Source of the DNA: Raja brachyura
Taxonomy: Eukaryota
Length of the DNA: 64,000 bases
NCBI GenBank assembly: GCA_963514005.1
Contig: OY740795.1
Coordinates: forward strand, 682,001 to 746,000
Direction: 5' to 3'
Shown: positions 26,891 to 39,740 of the stretch, piece by piece
How the letters are laid out: each line of letters starts with the position of its first letter
How positions within the stretch are numbered: position 1 is the stretch's first letter
Translations under genes and position numbers: made by a program
The notes under the pieces: model-generated
What the model was told of the DNA's origin: nothing
The model's database searches: none
The model's input: only the letters and a program-made list of their open reading frames with translations

Positions 26891-28413
26891 ACACTAACAT
26901 GTAATATAGTATCAGGCAGGGTGGTTCATCGGCTCCTTCCCGGGGTGAACGGTCAGAGGTGGGAAAGATTGATATGGTCATGGGAATATACTTCCCGCCT
27001 AATTGTTTTTCTTTAGAAGATACTTCAACGCCTGACAAGTTACTTGCCGCTTTTTCTAATTGGCATATCCCCGCTGTAAGCCGAAATTACGGCGCAGAAG
27101 TTGTATTTCCAAACCAAACTCCGGCAGGCCGCGACATCTCAACGGACTTCAGTAGCCGGATCCGCCTCCAAATAAGTAGTTGATTACTTGACAAAATCTG
27201 AATCTATAATATGAGAGAAGGGCCTTTTGGCAGAGATGCTGAGTGATGTGATTGTTTAGTCTGGGGAGAATTAATTTCCACAGGCCAGATCTCTGGGTAA
27301 GGTGCCCGCCATTTAAAACTAGTTGACAATAATATATGCGATAATCTGTCCCAATGTCAAGTAGACGCCCTGTCATTAAACATTCAAGCACGAGACGGAT
27401 ATGTTTCGAGATGGGAATCATTGCATTGAAGAGGAATACGATCTAATCTGATCTCAATAAATCTAGAACAGATTTGTGCAGTCGAGCACCCGCTTCTTCC
27501 TTCTATTATTATGTTCTACAGTGGCAGGGACGAATAACACACATTGGTTCTTGTCGCGGTTCCTTTTTCTGAACGCTATTCCAGAAAAAACATTCCTTCC
27601 GCGAACGGGTTAAAAACGCAGCTCAGTGACAGCGCCCTCTGACCCTACCGTCTGCCTGAAACTGCAATCTCCTTGTTCCACTTGATGGGCTCCTTGATTC
27701 TGAGCAACGTTATTCGGGGAGAATCGGCTCTGGGCCCAAATGTAATATCGCACCGTTGTTTCATGGATATCACGTAGTAAGTAAATGTTATTTATATAGC
27801 ACGTTTAAATCAACTCGCGTTGAAACCAAAGTGCTTTACATAGAATAAATAATGAATTTTCCGTACATCGATGGTACTAATTTTCCGTTTCCGTACATCA
27901 CGTGGTACGAGTTGTCCATTTTCCGTATCCTTGCTACCTCATCAAATAAATAAAAGAGGCATTCCCTTTCCTTCAACTTTGAGGTGTTGCAATGGCGACC
28001 AGCAGCAGTTCCTGAAAGAACTGCTCCCATCTTAAACCTATATCCTCTGACTCACGATTCCTAATCAACCCCCTGCGCTCCAAAGGAATACATTCCTAAT
28101 CTGCTCACCCACTCCCTCGATCACAGGCCCTCGAGTTCTGAGAGTTTTCGAGTCCTCTGAACTTGACAGCAGTTCTGTGACGGTCACATGAGTGGCAGAT
28201 GCTGTACAATGTGGACACATGTGAGGTTATCCACTTTGATGTCAAGAACAAGAAAGCGGATTATTATCTGAATGGTGTCAGATTCTGAAAAAGGGAGGTG
28301 CAACGAGACCTGGATGGGCTTGCTCATCAGTCACTGAAAGTATGCATGCAGGTACAGAAGTCAGTGAAGAAAGCTAATGGCATGTTGTCCTTCATTGCGA
28401 GAAGATTTGGGCT

Positions 28414-29905
28414 ATGACAGAAATATTTCAAATGTCATTAGAAACTGGAATCGTCCCCGAGGATTGGCGTACTGCGCATGTTGTTCCATTGTTTAAAAAG
28501 GGTTCTAAAAGTAAACCTAGCAATTATAGACCGGTTAGTTTGACTTCAGTGGTGGGCAAATTAATGGAAAAGATACTTAGAGATAATATATATAAGTATC
28601 TGGATAAAGAGGGTCTAATTAGGAACAGTCAACATGGATTTATGCCTGGAAGGTCATGTTTGACTAATCTTCTTGAATTTTTTGAAGAGGTTACTAGGGA
28701 AATTGACGAGGGTAAAGCAGTGGATGTTGTCTATATGGACTTCAGTAAGGCCTTTGACAAGGTTCCTCATGGAAGGTTGGTTAAGAAGGTTCAACTGTTG
28801 GGTATAAATGCAGCAATAGCAAGATGGATTCAACAGTGGCTGAATGGGAGAAGCCAGAGGGTAATGGTGGATGGCTGTTTGTCGGGTTGGAGGCAGGTGA
28901 CTAGTGGGGTGCCTCAGGGATCTGTGTTGGGTCCTTTGTTGTTTGTCATGTACATCAATGATCTGGATGAAGGGGTGGTAAATTGGATTAGTAAGTATGC
29001 AGATGATACCAAGATAGGGGGTGTTGTGGATAATGAAGAGGATTTCCAAAGTCTACAGAGTGATTTAAGCCAGTTGGAAAAATGGGCTGAAAGATGGCAG
29101 ATGGAGTTTAATGCTGATAAATGTGAGGTGCTACACCTTGGCAGGACAAATCAAAATAGGACGTACATGGTAAACGGTACGGAATTGAAGAATACAGTTG
29201 AACAGAGGGATCTGGGAATAACCGTGCATAGTTCCTTGAAGGTAGAATCTCATATAGATAGGGTGGTAAAGAAAGCTTTTGGTATGCTAGCCTTTATAAA
29301 TCAGAGCATTGAGTATAGAAGCTGGGATGTAATGTTAAAATTGTACAAGACGTTGGAGTATGGTGTACAATTTTGGTCGCCCAATTATAGGAAGGATGTC
29401 AACAAAATAGAGAGGGTACAGAGGAGATTTACTAGAATGTTGCCTGGGTTTCAACAGCTAAGTTACAGAGATAGGTTGAATAAGTTAGGTCTTTATTCTC
29501 TGGAGCGCAGAAAGTTAAGGGGTGACTTGATAGAGGTCTTTAAAATGATGAGAGGGATAGACAGAGTTAATGTGGGCAAGCTTTTCCCTTTGAGAATAGG
29601 GAAGATTCAAACAAGAGGACATGACTTTAGAATTAAGGGACAGAGGTTTAGGGGTAACATGAGGGGGAACTTCTTTACTCAGAGAGTGGTAGTGGTGTGG
29701 AATGAGCTTCCAGTGGAAGTGGTGGCGGCAGGTTCGTTGGTATCATTTAAAAATAAATTGGATAGGCATATGGATGAGAAGGGTATGGAGGGTTATGGTA
29801 TGAGTGCAGGCAGGTGGGACTAAGGGAAAAAAGTTGTTCGGCACGGACTTGAAGGGCCGAGATGGCCTGTTTCCGTGCTGTAATTGTTATATGGTTATAT
29901 GGTTA
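28414..29905 (+). mobile_element. 5'-truncated CR1 LINE with an open RT domain (469 aa), nested in an older CR1 (~28180-30160)
   Basis: ORF 28414-29823 with NYRPVSLTS, QHGF, DFSKAFDKV, PQGSVLGP and YADD; (atatggtt)n tail. Confidence 0.95.
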
Positions 29906-31485
29906 TAAGATTTAAGTTGAGGAGCAAAGAGGTCCTACTGCAGTTGCACAAGGCCCTGGTGAAACCACAACTGGAACATTGTGTGCAGTTTTGGCCTCCT
30001 AATTCTTGCCAGAGAGGAAGTGAAGTGCAGGTTTACCAAATTAATTTCCGGGATGCCGGCCAAGACATATTATGAAGCAATGGGTGACTGGGCTTGTATT
30101 CTCTGGAATTTAGGATGAGAGGGTATCATATAGAAACATAACATTCTTAGCGCACTAGACAATAAACAATAGACAATAGGTGCAGGGGGAGGCCAGACGG
30201 TCCTTCAAGCCAGCACACCCATTCAATGTAATCATGGCTGATCATTCACAATCAGTACCCCGTTCCTGCTTTCTCCCCATATTCCCTGAGTCCGCTATGT
30301 CCAAGATCCCTATCCAGCTCTCTCTTGAAAGTTTCCAGTTAACCGGCCCCCACCGCCATCTGCGGTAGACAATTCCACAGACCCACAACTCCCTGTGTGA
30401 AAAAGTATTTCCTCATCTCCGTTCTAAACGGCTTAACGCTTATTCTTAAACTGTGCCCATGGTTCTGGACTCCCCCAACATCGGGAACATGTTTCCTGCC
30501 TCTTTGCTTGTCCAAACACTTAATAATCTTTTAAGTTTCAATAAGATGCTCTCCCATCCAACTAAATTCCAGAGTATACAAGCCCAGCCACTCCATTCTC
30601 TCAGCACGTGACAGTCCCGCAATCCCGGGAATTAAGCTTGTGAACCTACGCTGCACTCCCTCAATAACATGAATATTGGAGCGGCTAGATGCAGGACATT
30701 TCTTGCGAATATTGAGGGAGTCCAGAAACCGAGGGTCACAGTTTACGAATAAGGGGTAGGCTAGTTAGAAACAATGAAACAAATAAATACAAGCAGGAGT
30801 AGGCCATTCGGCCCTACGACCCAGAACCGCCATTCAATATGATTATGGATGATCATCTAAAATTAGTACTCCCCGTATCCCTTGATTCCTTTAGCCCCAA
30901 GAGCTAAATCTACCTTTTCCTTGAAGCATCTAGTGAATTGACCTTCACTGTCTTCCGTGGCGGAGAATTCCACAGACTCACAACTCTCTGGGTGAGGAAG
31001 TTTTTCCTCACGAGGCAGATAGTATTGCAGGACTGCTCTCGAATTATGTTAGGATGGTTCATTTACCTGATAACTACAGGGAATAAACTGTCCCTAAATC
31101 TGGATGTGTGAGTTTTGCACACTTCTATATATTCTGCCAGATTGGAGGGGGGACTGTGCCTTCACCCTATCTACTCCACCCATATGTTCAGTTGACTGAA
31201 TGGTTCAAATGGTCCACTGAACGTCAGAGAAACGTAAAAGCCACATCAGATGCTTCGCATCAGATGCCCGGCCACCAAACCAATCAGCAGATTTAACGAT
31301 CCTCTTCTCAAACTCTCCATCACCTCGCACAGCGATTTTCAGAAATTCCCAACACACCGCCCGCAACGACACGAGCTGGCCAGCCGAGGCTCCGGCTCAT
31401 TCTCCGAGACAGGGGCAGGATCTGTCGGGGGACCTGGACTCCAGCATCTTGACACGTAAACCATTATTTTCCCGGAGAACGCGCG

Positions 31486-31528
31486 ATGGGAATCCTCCTG
31501 TTTTTTGTACTGTCACTCTGCTTACGCC
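31486..31528 (+). CDS. NAR-TCR V leader exon
   Basis: ATG..MGILLFFVLSLCLR plus c|gtgagt donor; phase-1 intron 31529-31681 ends ...catccacag. Confidence 0.9.
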
Positions 31529-31681
31529 GTGAGTACCGGTCCTCTACTCTCACACAGTGCGGGTTGAACATAAAACAACTCGAGTCCACTCCGACCTGAA
31601 TTTCAAACACTGTCCGTGATTTATCCTTCTTCCGTGGTTCGCTCGAATTCCCACTCACCTCTCCCTGTGTTTCATCCACAG

Positions 31682-31974
31682 ACACCTTCAGTCAGTCAGT
31701 GACCCAGAGCCCGAGTACGGTGACTGGAAAAGAGTGCCAACCTGTCACCATCACCTGCCTTTTCCAAGAAGGTTCCCGGGGTTACTACAAATTTGATGTA
31801 GGACATTTCTTCAAGCATGCAGAATCCGGTGCTGAACGGCAGAGGATCACAACAGGTGGACGGGTTGTTGTGTCGACCAACAAAGCGGAAAAGACCTTTA
31901 CGTTGAAAATTCTTGGTTTGAGAGTTGAGGACACGGCCACATATCACTGTCAAGCTGAGTACAGGTGGAGTTTA
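31682..31974 (+). CDS. NAR-TCR variable segment (IgNAR-like V lacking CDR2)
   Basis: HTFS-QSVTQSPSTVTGKECQPVTITC...GHFFKHAESGAERQRITTGGRVVVSTNKAEKTFTLKILGLRVEDTATYHCQAEYRWSL; open frame, both canonical Cys, short FR2-FR3 region as in VNAR, extra FR1 Cys. Confidence 0.9.
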
Positions 31975-32012
31975 CACAGCGATGGGCCTGCGGTTCCAGC
32001 AATACAAAAACC
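31975..32012 (+). promoter_or_regulatory. RSS (22-bp spacer, 23-type) of the NAR-TCR V
   Basis: cacagcg + 22 nt + perfect nonamer acaaaaacc. Confidence 0.9.
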
Positions 32013-32334
32013 CTGAAGGCAGAAACTAGGAGCAACGTAAAGACGCGAGGTGAATCCGCCGGCGAACCCACGGTCCCGCTTTATCCCGCCTGCCCTGCAT
32101 TCGAGGTTGCACCGGATGAAATGCGTACGATTCAAACAATGTGGTTTCTCTATTTGGCGAGAGCGGCTGGATAATGCCCCTTTACCGAAAATGGTGTAAA
32201 CGAATAGTCATCGAGAATGATTGACCACTCTTCTGATGCACAACTCCAGACGGGATTCAGTTACAGAAACTGCAATCTGAAAAATGCATTCGGTGAACGT
32301 TAATCTCCTGCCTGCCCGTCTCGCCGCGCACCTG

Positions 32335-32406
32335 GGGATTTGAAAGCGTCGTGAAACAACGTGTGGGACTCGAATATCCACAGTGTAGGAGAGTCGAATA
32401 AAAACT
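32335..32406 (+). other. NAR-TCR D segment (32364-32378, tgggactcgaatatc) with flanking 12-type RSSs
   Basis: 3' RSS cacagtg (32379-32385) + 12 nt + ataaaaact; weaker 5' RSS: gggatttga(a), 12-13 nt, caacgtg (32357-32363). Confidence 0.75.
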
Positions 32407-32716
32407 CACCTCATTCAAGATATATGTTCTTGGGTTCCAGAACCAAAATCAAACGATTGTTGTTCGTGACGGTGTTGTCCAGATAAATTGCATAGGGATT
32501 ACCACATTCCGTTAACATTCCTTAATAATTGGTTCCATGTTTGTCAAAGCACACCAGCCGGCGTGGGCGATCACTCTGCTGTTAGCTTTGTTTCTTTGAG
32601 GGGAACAGGTCGACCCACCGCGGATTGGGGAGAAAGGACAGTTGCTGCTTGGTCTGAAACTCCTCGAATAATTGGACAGCGATTATTATGGTTGCCGGGA
32701 AAATCGAGGTGAGAAC

Positions 32717-32813
32717 TGTTCTTGTACTGCGAGCGTCGAGAGACGGGACACTGTGGCTTCATGGACCACTTACTATCAGGAGGGGACGGGGACTAGGGTG
32801 ACTGTCACAGCCG
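32717..32813 (+). CDS. NAR-TCR J segment (32756-32813) with 5' 23-RSS (32717-32755)
   Basis: tgttcttgt + 23 nt + cactgtg; encodes ASWTTYYQEGTGTRVTVTA followed by a g|gtaagt phase-1 donor; EGxGT as in IgNAR J. Confidence 0.92.
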
Positions 32814-33789
32814 GTAAGTACCCTAAACCTCTCTTATCCACGGCTGTTCTTGGAAATATTCAGTTCCTTTAATATTGGATCACGAGGCATCAATTGATTT
32901 CCAATTAGCACATGTTCTATTTATAAAGGGTTCCAGCAACTTGGTCCAGATGTTACGGTACGCGTGAGTCCAATGAGAGGATATGTGGGTCTCCCCGGGA
33001 GCAAAAAGTTAATCAGGTTCAAGAATCGCTATTTCCCCAAAACCATCAGGGTATGGGACCCCACACAGTGCTAACCACAGCTATGAATTTCAATGCAGAC
33101 ACAAGTAAATGCGGACGCTGAATTCGCATTCTGAAGTCTAGATACAAAATGTCGGCTATCAATGTTCTCCTGAAATGCTGACTGACCCGCGCAGTTAATG
33201 CTACCACCAAACCGCCGGCTTGCTCCAAATCACTATGTGAATTCACCCTCTTGGTCTACAAGTTACTGCAGCACTTTGTGTTCACCACCTTTTCATAATT
33301 GTATCTGGTTATACAAAGGATTTTTGTTGTTGCTCTAGGGTTGTGGCCATTAAATTATCGAGTTAGTGTCTTTATCATATATTATGAGAGGCATGGTTTG
33401 AGCGTACGGACGTGTATAAAATCATGGAAAGAATAGATCGGGTAGAAACGCAGAATCTATTGTGCAGCGTAGGTGAGTCGAGGACCAGCGGAGACAGGTT
33501 TAAGCTGAAGGGGAAGATTTAATAGGATTTGAGGAGTAACGTTTTCACACGGAGGGTAGAGGGTGTACAGAAAAAGCTGCCAGAGTACACAATTGAAGCT
33601 GGCACTATCCCACGGTTTAAGAATCAGTTAGACAAGTACATGGACAGGACAGGTTTGTATGGATTTGGACCAAAGGCGGGCAGCTGACACTAATGTAGCT
33701 GTGAGATGTTGGCCGATATGCGCAAAGTGAGCTGAAGATCCTCTTTCCGCGTTATATCGCTCCATGTCTCTCTGACCCTGTTATCTGAT

Positions 33790-34190
33790 AAACCGTATTG
33801 CATTTCTGGCCTTTGGCCTTTACAAGAAACTGGCTTGCAGCGGACAAACCCAGACATAGACAATTGATAGACATAGTACAGGAAATATTTGCCATGGAGA
33901 AAATGACATATTCTCTAAGAGTGAAAGAAGACGAGTTTAATATAAAATGGAAGAAATGGATTAGGTATAGCAATAAAGACATCAACACTATAATTTTATA
34001 GACAATAATGTAAGTTATTGGAAAATGTTTTAATTTGAAATTAGTTCTGTATACTACATCATTAATTGTAAACTGAACCACCCCGCTACTCTGTTGTACG
34101 TTTCACTCTAATGTTGTATGTTTTTTTGTTTTATTTGTGTTTTATTTGTGTATACATAAAAGTAATAAAAACTAAAGTGGGAAAAAAAAA
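33790..34190 (+). mobile_element. L1-clade 3' end fragment
   Basis: ..MEKMTYSLRVKEDEFNIKWKKW ORF2 C-terminus, aataaa and poly(A) at ~34180. Confidence 0.65.
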
Positions 34191-34605
34191 CCGTATTGCA
34201 TTTCTAGGCCTGTGTGCATCAAGAAGTAAGGATGTCATTTATCCGTTGTCGGAACAGAATACATTTGAACACGCTGGAATCGTTATTTTTGATTCGAACG
34301 GGCAATGACTGTTGGCCTTAACAGCTATGCCCAAATCCAAAACAAAGACAAAGACCATAAGGCATAGAAGCAGAGTTAGGCCATTTGCTCGTCGTGGAAA
34401 TTGAAATCGGCCGTTGGAAGTGAAAACGAAAAGTGCGTGGGTGAAGGCTGCGATATGTAGCAAGGGTCAATTCAGAGAAAAGGGGGAAAGTATCCGAGTT
34501 TGGAAGGTGAGGATGAAATGCCGATGTCAATGCTGCTCAAATCTCAATCAGAGTGATCAGAACGTATCCGTCTCAAGTCCAGCGTGTGTAGGCTTGGAGT
34601 TAGCA

Positions 34606-37490
34606 AACATAGAAACATAGAAACATAGAAAATAGGTGCAGGAGTAGGCCATTCGGCCCTTCGAGCCTGCACCGCCATTCAATGTGATCATGGCTGATCA
34701 TCCAACTCAGTATCCCGTACCTGCCTTCTCTCCATACCCCCTGATCCCTTTAGCCACAAGTGCCACATCTAACGCCCTCTTAAATATAGCCAATGAACTG
34801 GCCTCAACTACCTTCTGTGGCAGAGAATTCCAGAGACTCACCACTCTCTGTGTAAAGAATGTTTTCCTCATTTCGGTCCTAAAGGAATTCCCCCTTATCC
34901 TTAGACTGTGACCCCTTGTTCTGGACTCCCCCAACATCGGGAACAATCTTCCAGCATCTAGCTTGTCCAACCCCTTAAGAATTTTGTAGGTTTCTATAAG
35001 ATCCCCCCTCAATCTTCTAAATTCCATCGAGTACAAACCGAGTCTATCCAATCTTTCCTCATATGAAAGTCCTGACATCCCAGGAATCAGTCTGGTGAAT
35101 CTTCTCTGTACCCCCTCTATGGCAAGGATGTCTTTCCTCAGATTTGGAGACCAAAACTGTACGCAGTACTCCAGGTGTGGCCTCACCAAAACCCTGTACA
35201 ACTGCAGTAGAACCTCCCTGCTCCTATACTCAAATCCTTTCGCTATGAATGCTAACATACCATTTGCTTTCTTCACTGCCTGCTGCACCTGCATGCCTAC
35301 TTTCAATGACTGGTGTACCATGACACCCAGGTCTCGTTGCATCTCCCCCTTACCTAATCTGCCACCATTCAGATAATAGTCTACCCTCATGTTTTTGCCA
35401 CCAAAGTGGATAACCTCACATTTATCCACATTGTACTGCATCTGCCATGCATCTGCCCATTCACTCAGCCTATCCAAATCACCCTGCAGCCTCCAAGCAT
35501 CCTCCTCACACCTAACTATACCCCCCAGCTTGGTATCATCTGCAAATTTGGAGATGTTGCATTGAATTCCCTCGTCCAAATCATTAATATATATTGTAAA
35601 TAGCTGGGGTCCCAGCACTGAGCCTTGCGGCACCCCACTAGTCACTGCCTGCCATTCAGAAAAGGACCCGTTTACTCCTACCCTTTGCCTCCTGTCTGCT
35701 AGCCAGTTCTCTATCCACATCAATACTGAACCCCCAATACCGTGTGCTTTAAGTTTGTATGCTAATCTCTTATGCGGGACCTTGTCGAAAGCCTTCTGAA
35801 AGTCTAGATATAACACATCCACTGGTTCTCCCTTATCCACTCTACTAGTTACATCCTCGAAAAATTCTATCAGATTTGTCAGACATGATTTACCTTTCGT
35901 AAATCCATGCTGACTTTGTCCAATGATTTCACCACTTTCCAAATGCGCTGCTATCCCATCTTTAATAACTGACTCTAGCAGTTTCCCCACTACCGATGTT
36001 AGACTAACTGGTCTGTAATTCCCCGCTTTCTCTCTCCCTCCTTTTTTTAAAAAGTGGGGTTACATTAGCTACCCTCCAATCCTCAGGAACTACTCCAGAA
36101 TCTAAGGAATTTTGAAAAATTATCACTAATGCATCCACTATTTCTGTGGCTACCTCCTTGAGTACTCTGGGATGCAGACTATCTGGCCCTGGGGATTTAT
36201 CGGCCTTCAATCCGTTCAATTTACCCAACACCACCTCCCGGCTAACCTGGATTTCACTCAGTTCCTCCATCTTATTTGACCCCCGTTCCACTGCTATTTC
36301 CGGCAGATTATTTATGTCTTCCTTAGTGAAGACAGAACCAAAGTAGTTATTCAATTGGTCTGCCATGTCCTTGTTCCCCATGATCAATTCACCTGTTTCT
36401 GACTGCAAGGGACCAACATTTGTTTTAACTAGTCTCTTTCTCTTTACATATCTATAAAAACTTTTGCAGTCAGTTTTTATGTTCCCTGCCAGTTTCCTTT
36501 CATAATCTATTTTCCCTTTCCTAATTAAGCCCTTTGTCCTCCTCTGCTGGATTCTGAATTTCTCCCAGTCCTCCGGTAGGCTGCTTTTTCTGGCAAATTT
36601 GTATGCCTCATCTTTTGTTTTTATACTATCCCTGATTTCCCTTGTTATCCATGGATGCACCACCTTCCCCGATTTATTCTTTTGCCAAACTGGTATGAAC
36701 AACTTTTGTACTTCATCCATGCAGTCTTTAAATACCTTCCATTGCACATCCACTGTCAACCCTTTAAGAATCACCTGCCAGTCTATCTTGGCCAATTCAC
36801 ATCTCATACCTTCAAAGTTACCTTTGTTCAAGTTCAGAACCCTTGTTTCTGACTTAATTTTGTCACTCTCCATCCTAATGAAGAACTCAACCATATTATG
36901 GTCACTCTTGCCCAAGGGGCCACGCACAACAAGACTGCTAACTAACCCTTCCTCATTACTCAATACCCAGTCTAGAATAGCCTGCTCTCTCGTTGGTTCC
37001 TCCACATGTTGGTTGAGAAAACTATCCCGCATACATTCCAGGAAATCCTCTTCCTCAGCACCCCTGCCAATTTGATTCACCCAATCTACATGCAGATTGA
37101 AGTCACCCATTATAACCGTGTTACCCTTGTTGCACGCATTTCTAATTTCCTGTTTGATGCCATCCCCAACTCCAATACTACTGTTAGGTGGCCTGTACAC
37201 AGTTCCCACTAGCGTTTTCTGCCCCTTAGAGTTTCGCAGCTCTACCCATATCGATTCCACATCCTCCACGCTAATGTCCTTCCTTTCTATTGCATTAATC
37301 TCCTCTCTCACCAGCAACGCTACCCCACCTCCTTTTCCTTTTCGTCTATCCCTCCTGAATATTGAATATCCCTGGATGTTCAGCTCCCAGCCTTGGTCAT
37401 CCTGGAGCCAAGTCTCCGTGATTCCAACTATAGCATAGTCATTAATCGCTATCTGCACCTTCAACTCATCCACCTTATTACGAATGCTCT
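34606..37490 (-). mobile_element. Young 5'-truncated CR1 (HER1-like) LINE, ORF2 nearly intact, in the J-to-supporting-V intron
   Basis: ORFs 36004-37473 (APE) and 34707-35990 (RT) separated by a single frameshift in an A-run; (ttctatgt)n tail. Confidence 0.95.
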
Positions 37491-39259
37491 TATGCGCTTC
37501 TTATGCGCGACCGAATGATCCCCACGGTATCGAAAACTGCGCGCGATATTTCAAATGTGATCAAATCAGTGCCTAAAATAAGCATTACATTTGATTCCTG
37601 TTTTTATATACTGGTCATCTGGAAATGAATGCTAAAATGTAATTTGTCTCCATCAACGACGATTCACGCTTAGGAATTTCCGCACCAACATTCCCATGTC
37701 CCTTCGCATCTCAAAATTCTGAATCCTCTCCCCATTTAGAAAAAAAACTCGACATCGTTATTCCTTCCGCCAAAGTGCATGGCCGCATAGTGTGCTGTGT
37801 AGTGTTCCATCTGCCATTATTTGCCCCCTCTTCCAACCTGTTCAAGTAACTCTGCAGACTCCATGCTTACTCAACAATACCTGCCCCTTCACCTATTTTT
37901 GGCACCGTCCGCGATATCAGCCACAAAACCATCAATTACATCATTCAGCTCGTAAACATACAAAGGGAAAAGTAGTGGACCCAACATTGACCCATTAGTC
38001 AAAGGCAGCAAGCGGAAAAGATAACGGTTGACATGAAACGGACAGCCTATCCTCTATCCACACGGACATCTTATCTCTAACACCAATACTCCAAACTTAA
38101 TTGACCGCTTCGCGTCCTGCCCCGTTTAATGTTCTTCAGAAAATTTAAGTAAGCAGCATTTCTGACTTTCCTTTGTCCATCCTGCTTGTTATGTCCACAA
38201 AGAATTTCAACAGATTTGTCAGGCGAGAGCCCCTTGCTGACTTCCCCGATTTTATCATGTGCTTCAAAGTAACCGGAACCTCATTTTTACTAATGGTCTC
38301 TAAAATCTTACCGCCTATTGAAGTCATGCTAACCGACTTATCATTACATCGGGCTTATAAATTTTCCCATACAATTTATGCGATTGATCCACGCCCCCTG
38401 CGTGTGAATGCCTGGGAAACAATCTATTTCCTATTTCCTGGAAACAGAGGGAGGTTGGCGGAAGAGTAGATGGGCTGCGAGTGAAGCTGGACCCGCTGTC
38501 AACATTCCACAAACTGAAATCAAACGACAGCTGCCAGAACTGTTGAAACGGTTCTCGGGAGGGGAAAATATGAACCGCAAGCAGCAAAAAACGGGTGACC
38601 AAGATTGAAAACTAAAACTGTTCTTCAATTAAATGAAAGTAAAACGTAGAAGGACGTGGCCCAGTAAAAATAAAAACAACTCTTAATACAAAGCATTTAT
38701 CCCGGTTTGTGTAAATTGCACTTAAAAGATGACCTTCCAGTTGTTAAACACAAAAGGCCGTGGAGGCCAAGTCAGGGGGGGGGGGGAATAAAGCAGCGAC
38801 AGATAGATTTATGATTAGTCGAAGCGTCAGAGGTTATTGTTATTGCGGAGAATGCAGGAGAATTGGGTTCGCAAGGTGAGATAGTTCAGCCATCATTGAA
38901 TGGTGGAGTAGCCTTGATGGATCGAATGGCCAAATTATACTCCAATCACATGACATTTATTACCTTATGCCTTAAATGGCAACACATCGCTGTTGAACCT
39001 TAATCATATCCAGGAAGAGATACACTGCAGTCGAGCTGTGGGGAGAATGACTAATATTATTGTTTTAACGCGAAGAACCAATTACAAAATGTTACAGAAC
39101 CGAGTAAGGTAATGTGGTTCATTCACCGGCTCCATACTCTCTGAATCAGCTCCATTATTATTCCATGCTCGCTTTCACTGTTCCCACAGCGTGGGGTGTT
39201 TCCAATTTCCATTTCTTAATCAGAGTTTGACCTCGTGGATATCCGTCAGTGATTTTCAC

Positions 39260-39600
39260 CACGGTGGCGCAACGGTCGAGCTGCTGCCCAACAGCGCTGT
39301 TAGCACCTGAGACCCGAGTTCGATACCGACTCCGGGTGATGTCTCTCTGGAGTTTCTATATTATCCCCACAATGTGCGTGGGATGTCTCCGAGATCTAGG
39401 GTTTCTTTCCACACTCCAAATACGGATAGTTTTAAAGGGTATTTGGATTCTATAAATATAAATTATCCATCGTGTGTGTGGGATAGTGTTAATGTGCGGG
39501 GATTGCAGGGCGGCGCCGACGGTGGGCCGAACGGGTCCGTTTCCGCGCTGTGTCCCTAAACTCAACTAAACTAAACTGAACCAAAGTAAACAAAACTGAA
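39260..39600 (+). mobile_element. tRNA-derived SINE (HE1-like), paralog of 2128-2460
   Basis: ggtggcgcaacggtcgag, gagttcgatacc and (ctaaa)n tail. Confidence 0.75.
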
Positions 39601-39740
39601 AGAAATTAAAACTCAACACGTCGCAGGAAATTTTGCTAAAATGTGATGAAGTACCGGAGACGGTAACCATCTTCTCCGCATGTCACAGTCTCCAACAGTC
39701 AATGTTAAAACAATAACAATTCCCCTGTTATTTTCTGCAG

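Larger units (their letters stand above)
880..31010. repeat. Segmental duplication unit, copy A (paralogous to ~37850-51710)
   Basis: Collinear blocks by eye: 900-3000 vs 37860-40090; 3700-4660 vs 42160-43150; 11810-12015 plus 18171-21060 vs 43320-47440; 21680-25140 vs 47920-51150; 30500-31010 vs 51175-51710 (shared CR1 junctions). Confidence 0.9.

Noticed and set aside
27619-27645. cagctcagtgacagcgccctctga reads QLSDSAL* (V-like FR3) and also resembles half a CTCF motif
   Set aside because: No surrounding V framework, YYC or RSS, and only a partial CTCF match; cannot be supported from sequence alone.
33062-33085. cacagtg downstream of J as a possible additional D or V RSS
   Set aside because: No nonamer at 12 or 23 bp and no 5' RSS or coding segment.
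36146-37438. Numerous + strand ORFs antisense to CR1 ORF2 (also 7949-8383 and 62814-63332)
   Set aside because: Shadow ORFs arising from codon bias of the opposite-strand LINE ORF.
39640-39670. Possible leader exon and donor (gagacg|gtaacc) ~80 bp upstream of the supporting V acceptor, also at ~2550
   Set aside because: Upstream ATGs give an immediate stop or MKYRR in the wrong phase with no hydrophobic core; at most a relic, so the V is treated as leaderless.
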